Shown here: piece by piece, positions 57,131-64,000 of the stretch
Position numbering within the stretch: the first letter of the stretch is position 1
Layout: the number at the start of each line of letters is the position of its first letter
Position numbers and translations under genes: made by a program
Notes under the pieces: model-generated
Database searches by the model: none
Seen by the model: the letters and a program-made list of their open reading frames with translations, nothing else
What the model was told of the DNA's origin: nothing
Assembly: GCA_963716745.1 (NCBI GenBank)
Contig: OY970320.1
Coordinates: 1,280,001 to 1,344,000, forward strand
Direction of reading: 5' to 3'
DNA: 64,000 nucleotides
Source: an uncultured Gemmatimonadaceae bacterium
GTDB taxonomy: Bacteria > Gemmatimonadota > Gemmatimonadetes > Gemmatimonadales > Gemmatimonadaceae

Positions 57131-57451
57131 ATGAATGAGGACATGATGGGATTGCTCATCGGGCTCGTGAGCGTGCTCTTCGCCGTGGGCGTCGTGGGCG
57201 CGGGGCTCGCGGGCGCATACTTCGTCGGCCGCGAACGCGGGCGCCGTGCCGCGCTCGATCAGGCCGCGCTGGCCGGCGGCGCCACTGATATGCTCGCGCG
57301 CACCGAGAAGGCGCTCGAGGCGATGTCGCTCGAGGTCGAACGCATCGGCGAAGCGCAGCGCTACTCCGCGCGCCTGCTGGCCGACGCCGCCATCAAACTC
57401 AAGGCCGACCCCGCCGCGCCGCGCAACGTCACCCCCACCACGCCCACCTAG
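57131..57451 (+). CDS. Hypothetical TM plus coiled-coil protein
   Basis: TM helix, then LEAMSLEVERIGEAQRYSARLL...TPT. Confidence 0.65.
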   Translation: MNEDMMGLLIGLVSVLFAVGVVGAGLAGAYFVGRERGRRAALDQAALAGGATDMLARTEKALEAMSLEVERIGEAQRYSARLLADAAIKLKADPAAPRNVTPTTPT

Positions 57452-57513
57452 CGGCGGGCGCGCACTCGGCGACAACTTGTTGGCCGTTCGTCTTCAAATG
57501 AGGATGGCTATCC

Positions 57514-57969
57514 GTGCGCTCCGCTCCCCTGATCCTTGTCGTTGCGGCGATCGCGTGCCGAGTCGAATCGAGTGGCATTCCGAATGACAAAGGCGCCGAC
57601 GCCGGCGCGCGCGCCGCGCAGGCGCGCTATGCGTCGCTGCTGAACGGCTCGCCGCCGAATGCCGATTCCGTTTCGCAGATGTTCGCGCCCACCGGGGAAT
57701 TGCTCCCGAACGGCCGCGACGCGATCAAGGGTCCGGCCGCGATGAAGGAATTCCTGAGTTCGTTCGGCAAGGTGACCGTCGACTCCGAGGCGATGCCCGT
57801 CACCTCGAGCGTCGTCGCCGGCGATCACGTGGTGCTCTGGGGCACGTACTACCAGAAAGCCACCATGCCCGACGGAAAGGTTTTCCGCCCGAAAGGCCGC
57901 TACGTGATCGAGTGGGTGCGCGACAGCATGGGCACGTGGCAGATCCAGCGGGCCATGACGCAGCCTTGA
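57514..57969 (+). CDS. NTF2/SnoaL-like (DUF4440) lipoprotein
   Basis: Lipobox AIAC; AIKGPAAM, GRYVIEW...GTWQI. Confidence 0.75.
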   Translation: MRSAPLILVVAAIACRVESSGIPNDKGADAGARAAQARYASLLNGSPPNADSVSQMFAPTGELLPNGRDAIKGPAAMKEFLSSFGKVTVDSEAMPVTSSVVAGDHVVLWGTYYQKATMPDGKVFRPKGRYVIEWVRDSMGTWQIQRAMTQP

Positions 57970-58352
57970 GCATCGACGATCTCTACACAGCGTGGCGCGA
58001 CGCGTTCAAGCGCGGCAATGTCGAAGCGATCATCGAGCTGGTCACCCCCGATTACGTCTTGTGGGCCCCCGGACAGGCGCCAATAGTCGGCCGAGATTCT
58101 TTGCGCCAAATGCTCGCGCCGGCGCTCTCGACATACGATATTTCTCCATCGTTCGAACGAACGGAATCACTCGTAGCGGGAGATCTTGCCGTGGATTTCG
58201 GATGGGACGTTCAGACCGTGACCCCGCGCGCGGGTGGTGAAGCGCGCACCGCGCGCCAGCGCGTCGTGCTCGTAATGCGCCGCCAGCCCGACGGCCGGTG
58301 GCTCTTCGCGCGCGGCATGAGTCAGCCTGGACCGGTGGCGACGAATGGGTGA
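57966..58352 (+). CDS. NTF2/SnoaL-like (DUF4440) protein
   Basis: TTGA overlap; AFKRGNVEAI, PIVGRDS, MRRQPDGRW. Confidence 0.75.
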   Translation: MSIDDLYTAWRDAFKRGNVEAIIELVTPDYVLWAPGQAPIVGRDSLRQMLAPALSTYDISPSFERTESLVAGDLAVDFGWDVQTVTPRAGGEARTARQRVVLVMRRQPDGRWLFARGMSQPGPVATNG

Positions 58353-58353
58353 C

Positions 58354-58557
58354 ATGGACACGAGCACCTGGGGGATCATCTTCGGCGCGATCGTCGCGAT
58401 CATCGTTGTCGGCATCGTGCTGGACCACCTTCGCGAGAAGCGCGACCTCAAGCAGCATCTCAAGCGCATCGACGAGCGCAAGGAAGCGTACGAGCGCTTC
58501 AAGCAGAAGAAGCGCTCGTCGCAAGAGACGCACGTCGAGCGGACGCAGAAGAAGTAG
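58354..58557 (+). CDS. Small single-TM protein with basic tail
   Basis: WGIIFGAIVAIIVVGIVL followed by a K/R-rich tail; high GC3. Confidence 0.6.
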   Translation: MDTSTWGIIFGAIVAIIVVGIVLDHLREKRDLKQHLKRIDERKEAYERFKQKKRSSQETHVERTQKK

Positions 58558-58566
58558 GTCCGCGCC

Positions 58567-59214
58567 TTGGCTCTCGACATTCACGTTCAGGGCAGCGAGG
58601 CGCCCAGGCGAGATTTCGACTACTACCTAGGCCCGCCGATCATCGGCGCGGCCACCCTATTCATGCTCACTAGTCTCCGGGTGCTGATCGCGCTCCCGGC
58701 GATCATAGGCGGCAAGCTCCCATGGACCGCCGCGGCGCTTGCTCTTGCCACGGCGACGCTCGCTGGATTCTGTGGGGGCGTGGTGTATGTGCTGCTCGGG
58801 CGTTCGGTGAAGCAGATCCCCTACATCGGTCCATACCTCGCTGGCATAATCACGATCGGCGCGTATATGGGCGCGATCGCGCTCGCGGCGCCGTACGCGT
58901 TCGGAGAGCAGATCATTCACGACCGCGGCGACGTGCTCGCGCTGATAGGCCTCAGCGTGTTCATGGGCCTGGTCGGCGGCTACGCGTGGTCCCGCGTTTC
59001 GTCACCTGCGGCGCGCGCTGCGGACGAGGAAGTCGACCGGCGCTTGCGACCACTTGTGAACTATGGCCTGCCTATCACCGCAGGCGCATTCTTCCTCCTT
59101 CTCCGCTCGAACGTCGGCTCCCCGCAGTTCGAACTGTTCGCGGTCGGCATCGTCTTGGCGCTTGTCGTCGCGTGGATCCTGCTTCGGCGAACTACTCCGA
59201 CCTCAGCGTCATAG
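58567..59214 (+). CDS. Hypothetical membrane protein
   Basis: About six hydrophobic segments. Confidence 0.55.
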   Translation: MALDIHVQGSEAPRRDFDYYLGPPIIGAATLFMLTSLRVLIALPAIIGGKLPWTAAALALATATLAGFCGGVVYVLLGRSVKQIPYIGPYLAGIITIGAYMGAIALAAPYAFGEQIIHDRGDVLALIGLSVFMGLVGGYAWSRVSSPAARAADEEVDRRLRPLVNYGLPITAGAFFLLLRSNVGSPQFELFAVGIVLALVVAWILLRRTTPTSAS

Positions 59215-61851
59215 CCGGATCCACTCGCGCCGCGCGCCAGGCAGGGATCAAGCACGCGAGCAGCGCGACGCCGCCGAGCAGTAGTGACACGATCACGTAC
59301 GTCCCCGGATCGCTCTGCGAGACGCCGAACAGCATTCCCGCGATCACGCGCACGAACGCCAGCGTGAGCGCCACGCCCGCGATCACGCCGGCGCCCGTGA
59401 GGCCCATCCCCTGCCGCAGGATCATCCGCACGAGATCACCGCGCGACGCGCCCAGCGCCGCGCGTACGCCGATCTCGCGCAGCCGCTCGGTCACGACCCC
59501 CGCCAGCACGCCGTAGATCCCCGCCGCCGCGAGAATGAGCGCCACGAGAGCGAATGCCTCGAACAGCACGAGCGCGAACTTGCGCGCCGCCTCGGACGTC
59601 GCGATCAGCTTCTCCATGGTCGACACGCGCATGATCGGCTGATCCTTGTCCACGCTCCAGATCGCCGTGCGCACTACCCCCGCCATTCCTGCCGCATCAC
59701 GGCCTTTCGACACGCGTACGACCAACGACTGATTCCCGTCAGCATACGGCCATTGCCTCTCCGCCACGTAGAACGCGTCCGGCTCCTCCGCCGCGAGCGA
59801 CACCTGCCGCACCGAGCCCACGTCCCCACCACGGTGTACCACGGCCCTTCGGTCGCGCTGCCCATGCGCACGCGCTGGCCCAACGCTTCCTCGTTGGGCC
59901 ATGACTTCTTCGCGAACGCTTCATTGACGATCACTTCCATCGGCGTCTGCATCGACGCGTGCGGATCCAGCCCGCGACCGCGCACGATCGGGATCTTCAT
60001 CGCCTCGAGATACCCGTCGGTCACCGCGTACCGGTGCGCGCTCTCATCCTCCTCCGGATTCGCTCTCGGATGCGCCTCGATGTGCACGCCGTACTTGTCC
60101 ATGTCGCCGCTCAGCGGCAGCTGCGTCGTGAACGCCGCCGCTTCCACGCCGGGCACGGCGCGCACCGCCACGAGCACGCGGTCGAAATAGTCGCGTGTGA
60201 CAGTATCGTTGTTGAATTGCGTGCCCACGGTCTGGACCGTCATCGTCAGCATGTTGCTCGGGTCGAAGCCCGGCGGCACCGCGAGCAGACGGCTCACGCT
60301 CTGCAGCAGCAGCGCCGTGCCCGTGAGCAGCATGAGCGCGAGCGCCACTTCGCTCACCACCAGCGCGCCGCGCACGCGATGACTCGTGCCGCCCGCGCGC
60401 CGCGTGCCCGCCTTGATGCTTCCATGCAGATCTCCGCGCGCCGCGTGCAGCGCCGGCACCATGCCGAACGCGATGCCCACCGCGGTCGTGAGCGCGAATG
60501 CGAACAGCAGCGTGCTGCCGCTCACCTCGATCTGCGCCAGCCTCGGCAGCCCCGGCGGACTCAGCGCCACCAGCGCTTTCACGCCGAGTTCGGCGACGAC
60601 CACGCCGAGCGCGCCGCCGAGCAATGCGAGCGTCACGCTCTCGGTGAGCAGCTGACGCACCACGCGCCACCGGCTCGCGCCGAGCGCCGCGCGCATGGCG
60701 AACTCGCCCTTCCGCTGCGCGCCGCGCGCGAGCAGGAGATTCATGACGTTCGCGCACGCGATGAGCAGCACGAGCGCCACCGCGCCCATCACCGCGAGCA
60801 GAATGGGCCGCACGTCGCCCGTGACCAGCTCGCGCATCGGGATCAGGAGCATTCCCGCCTTCGCGTACTCCTTGGGATGATCGCGCACCAATCCCGCGGA
60901 GATCGTGTTCACGTCGGCGAGCGCGGCGCGTTCGCTCACGCCGGTCTTGATGCGCGCTACAGCTCTGAGGTGATGGCATGTACGGCACGCCCACGGCAGC
61001 GACGCGTTGTACTGCATCGGCCCCCAGAGTTTGGCGGCGGGCTGGAGGATGCTCTCGAAACCGGCGGGCATGACGCCGATGACCGTGTACTGGTATCCGT
61101 TGAACGACACTTGCTTGCCGATGATCTGCGAATCGCCGCCGAATCGCTGACGCCAGAGCGGGTCGCTCAGGATCGCGACGCGCGGGCCGTTCGGCACATC
61201 CTCTTCCGGCAGGAAATCGCGGCCGAGCGCGGGGCGCACGCCGAGGACTTTGAAGAAGTCGTGACTCACGCGCTGTCCGGCGAACTGTTCGGGCTCGCCG
61301 CGCCCGGTGAGCGTCGCGCTCCAGTCTTTGTAGACGGCGATCGCGTCGAATGAATGGTTCTGATTCGACACGTCGTCGAACGTCATCCAGCCGACGTTGT
61401 CCTTGGTCGCCGGCACCGTGCCTTCCCACACCGTGACGATGCGCTCGGCGTGCGGGTACGGGAGCGCCGCGAGGAGAATGGGATTGATCGCGCTGAAGAT
61501 CGCGGTGGTGGCGCCGATGCCGATCGCGAGCGTGACCGCGGCGAGCGTCGTGAAGCCGGGGCGGCGGATCAGGAGACGCGCCGCGAATTGGAAATCGCCG
61601 AGCAGCGACTCGAACAGCGAAGGCCGACTGTCGGCTGTCGGCTGTCGCCGGCGGGAGCGGAATCCGAGTTTCATCGTGGCCACCAGGGTTTCGCGCCAAT
61701 ACCAACGGTTGGCGCTGGCTGCGTTCTGCGTGAATTGGAGGTGTTCGGCGAACGATTCCTCGAGGTCGCCGAGTATCGACTCGGCGAGTTCGGGCGGCAG
61801 CGCCCATTCGAGCAGGCGCACCGCGCGCTGCGGGGGACGCGGGGTGTTCAT
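59192..61851 (-). CDS. ADOP-family duplicated MacB/FtsX permease (frameshift near 59820)
   Basis: PP..A.RLLEW...ILGDLEE prefix domain, LLIACANVMN, RLREIGVRAALGA, PAWRAARVDP. Confidence 0.9.
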
Positions 61852-62174
61852 GGCAGCTCGAGCGCGGCGCCGAGCCCGGCGGACATCGTGCGGAGGGCTT
61901 TGAGACTGGCCTTCACCGCTTCGCGGCCGGTGGTGCTGAGTGAGTAGTAGGTCTTGCGGCGGCCTCCGCGCTCGGCGGTGGCTTCGCCCATTCGGGTAGT
62001 GACGAGGCCCTTCACTTCGAGCCGATTGAGCGTGGTGTAGATCGTGGCGAAGCTCAGCGATCTCTTCGCGCGCGCGGCGATCTCACGCTGAACGGCGACG
62101 CCGTAGGCGCGGTCGTTCAGCCTTAAGAGCGCGAGTAGGACGAGTTGTTCGAGTTCGCCGAGGCGGGGGGACAT
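61848..62174 (-). CDS. PadR-family regulator
   Basis: LGELEQLVLLALL, AYGVAV, IYTTLNRLE.KG, ERGGRRK.YY. Confidence 0.92.
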   Translation of the reverse strand: MSPRLGELEQLVLLALLRLNDRAYGVAVQREIAARAKRSLSFATIYTTLNRLEVKGLVTTRMGEATAERGGRRKTYYSLSTTGREAVKASLKALRTMSAGLGAALELP

Positions 62175-62189
62175 TCGAAAGGCTCCATT

Positions 62190-62208
62190 TATTCGATGGA
62201 GTCGAATA
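62190..62208. promoter_or_regulatory. Candidate PadR operator
   Basis: TATTCGA-TGGAG-TCGAATA inverted repeat 15 nt upstream of the padR start. Confidence 0.6.
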
Positions 62209-62401
62209 TATAACGTAGTATGGTCTCAACGCAACCTGCGGGACCGCGTTACTGTTTAGTGACCGTTGGAGGGTCAATTAGGGTCCATTCGGGGCCGCTG
62301 GTTATCTGTCGCTGCCGCGGGCAGCAGGAGCGGAAAATGAGATCGTTCCCCTCGCCAACTTATCCCCGACTGGCACGCCATCCATCAGCGTGCAACCACT
62401 A

Positions 62402-63310
62402 ATGCTTCCGCTGAAAGAGTTCCTCGGTCAAGCGTGGGTGGGTACAACCATCGGTATCGTCAGCATCATCGCGGCGGTGGTCGTTTCTATTTACTTCTAC
62501 CGTCGCTCAAAGGTTGCCGGGGTCCTCGCCTCGCAGAGCGATGGGGAGCAATTGCTGGCACCAAATCGCGAGAACGCACCGAGTGGTGAGATCGAAGTGC
62601 TCTTTCGCGGGACAAAAATACCGCGTCTTTCGGTAAGCGAGTTGGTGATTTGGAACGCGGGAGACACAACGATTCGGGGAGAAGACGTCGTCGAGCGCGA
62701 CCCGTTTCGAATCGAATGCGGTCACGATGCGCACGTATTGGATGTTTCAATAGTCGCGACAACTAGGCAAGTAATCGATTTTTCCGGCAGTCGAGACGAG
62801 GCGCACGTCGGACACGTGCTATGCTCCTTTGATTTTCTTGACCCCGGCGACGGCGTGCGAGTGCGAATCCTACACACGGGTGTGCACGTTCGCGCGATTG
62901 TGACAGGCACGATTCGCGGAATCAGCGAGGGGTGCCACGACCTTGGGCGAATCCCCGCTCCCGAAGACAATTTGGCCGAACTCCTCCGTCGTCGACGCAG
63001 ACGTGGTCTAAAGCCGCGCTGGATCCACCGGATCGCATCTGTGGTGGTCTGGCTGCGGCCGCTGCTTGGATGGGTCGCGATTGTAATCGGGCTGAGTACG
63101 GCAGTAGCCGGGCTCTACTGGTCCTCACTCTATGCGGCGTTTCCAATCCTTCAAGAGCCAATGCCGCGCGACGGCCCGTTCTGGACGTTCATTGTGGCCG
63201 GATTGATCTACGCCCTACTCCCGGCACTGGTTATGTGGAAACGCCGATTGCGATTCCCGCGCGCACTGCAGCGCGATCGGCAGTCCGTGGCTTCCGAACC
63301 GCCGGCCTGA
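62402..63310 (+). CDS. Hypothetical membrane protein with atypical (lower GC3) codon usage
   Basis: Open frame of ~300 aa; N-terminal TM, soluble domain (IWNAG, FDFLDPGDG), two C-terminal TMs. Confidence 0.7.
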   Translation: MLPLKEFLGQAWVGTTIGIVSIIAAVVVSIYFYRRSKVAGVLASQSDGEQLLAPNRENAPSGEIEVLFRGTKIPRLSVSELVIWNAGDTTIRGEDVVERDPFRIECGHDAHVLDVSIVATTRQVIDFSGSRDEAHVGHVLCSFDFLDPGDGVRVRILHTGVHVRAIVTGTIRGISEGCHDLGRIPAPEDNLAELLRRRRRRGLKPRWIHRIASVVVWLRPLLGWVAIVIGLSTAVAGLYWSSLYAAFPILQEPMPRDGPFWTFIVAGLIYALLPALVMWKRRLRFPRALQRDRQSVASEPPA

Positions 63311-63447
63311 GCGCGACCAGTTATCGTTGCATCGCGGATGGCGAGGTGATGCGACAGCTACCGCTCGAGCAAAGCTGGACGACGTCACTGACATGAGTCG
63401 AAGACAACAGAGTTCGTTCGCATCGGACGACTACCGGAGGGAATGTG

Positions 63448-64000
63448 ATGGAGCGTTTTTCGCATCGAGTCCGCGCAAAGGCGACGCCGAAGGCAATTCA
63501 ACTGGAGGCCATGGACGAAGCGCTCCGCGCAAGCCTTTGGAATGAATTGCTTGTTCGTTTCGGGGGCGTAAATCCCACTTGGGACCGAGCAGCGCTCTTT
63601 CTCGCGAGAGATACTATTCAAGACGCCAATCGACGACCTCCCGCCGACTATCGGCGGTGCGCAAATCTGGCTGCGTACACGATTTTTCAATGCGGAGTGG
63701 CATGAAGCGTACGACATGTTGGAGTTCTTGGTGCGGTGGGTCGATTCCATATGTGATCGACCATCTATCTTCACCACCTATTACCAAAGTCAGGCGGTAC
63801 AATTTATCGAGAGTGTGAACGAACTACTCGCCCGTGAACTCTCCGGATATCGGTTTATCCGTGGAGCTTTGGTGCCGATAGCAAGTCCCGTTGAAATATC
63901 TGCGATTGAAAGCGCGCTCCGATCATCGTTGGAGTTCAAGATTCTTGGCGCACACGAGCATATCGCCGCAGCTCTTGAGTGCATCTCTCGCAAACCGGTG
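63448..64000 (+). CDS. AbiJ N-terminal domain 4 (AbiJ_NTD4)-like protein, 3'-truncated, frameshift near 63610
   Basis: MERFSHR...IQLEAMDEALRASLWN, then in the +1 frame EWHEAYDMLEF...VNELLARELSGYRFIRG.LVPI....EISAIE...HIAAALECISRKP. Confidence 0.72.

Overview
A GC-rich bacterial chromosomal window. Gene content and protein style suggest Gemmatimonadota; this is inference, not a database result. In order, it contains: the 3' part of degP/htrA; tRNA-Leu(TAG); a 4x DUF3761-repeat secreted protein; an alpha/beta hydrolase; tig-clpP-clpX-lon-engB; an ECF sigma/zinc anti-sigma pair; and a TetR operon (SRPBCC membrane protein, ICMT/PEMT-DCC1 fusion). Next come an L-Ara4N operon (arnT-B-C-A1-A2-D) preceded by OM protein, PAP2 and Nudix genes; an orphan trpE; and an FHA-GAF adenylate cyclase coupled to a Kdo-kinase-like gene and two GT9 paralogs flanking a split DUF4254. 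These are followed by maf-dtd-epimerase; a Kdp locus with split KdpD and a degenerate pseudo-histidine kinase; an ABC exporter; two PadR-ADOP permease modules; and the edge of a lower-GC region with an AbiJ-like gene. About 13 genes have single frameshifts, most likely sequencing or consensus errors. The most notable signals are: (i) the divergent KdpD-N + pseudokinase + DUF481 unit; (ii) at least seven long intergenic palindromes, six of which fall into three families built from short tandem units; (iii) a recurrent -10 box 5-7 nt before start codons, suggesting leaderless mRNAs; and (iv) catalytic-residue changes in ClpP (Ser->Cys) and one GT9 (Asp->Asn). No CRISPR array, rRNA, transposase or integrase was seen.
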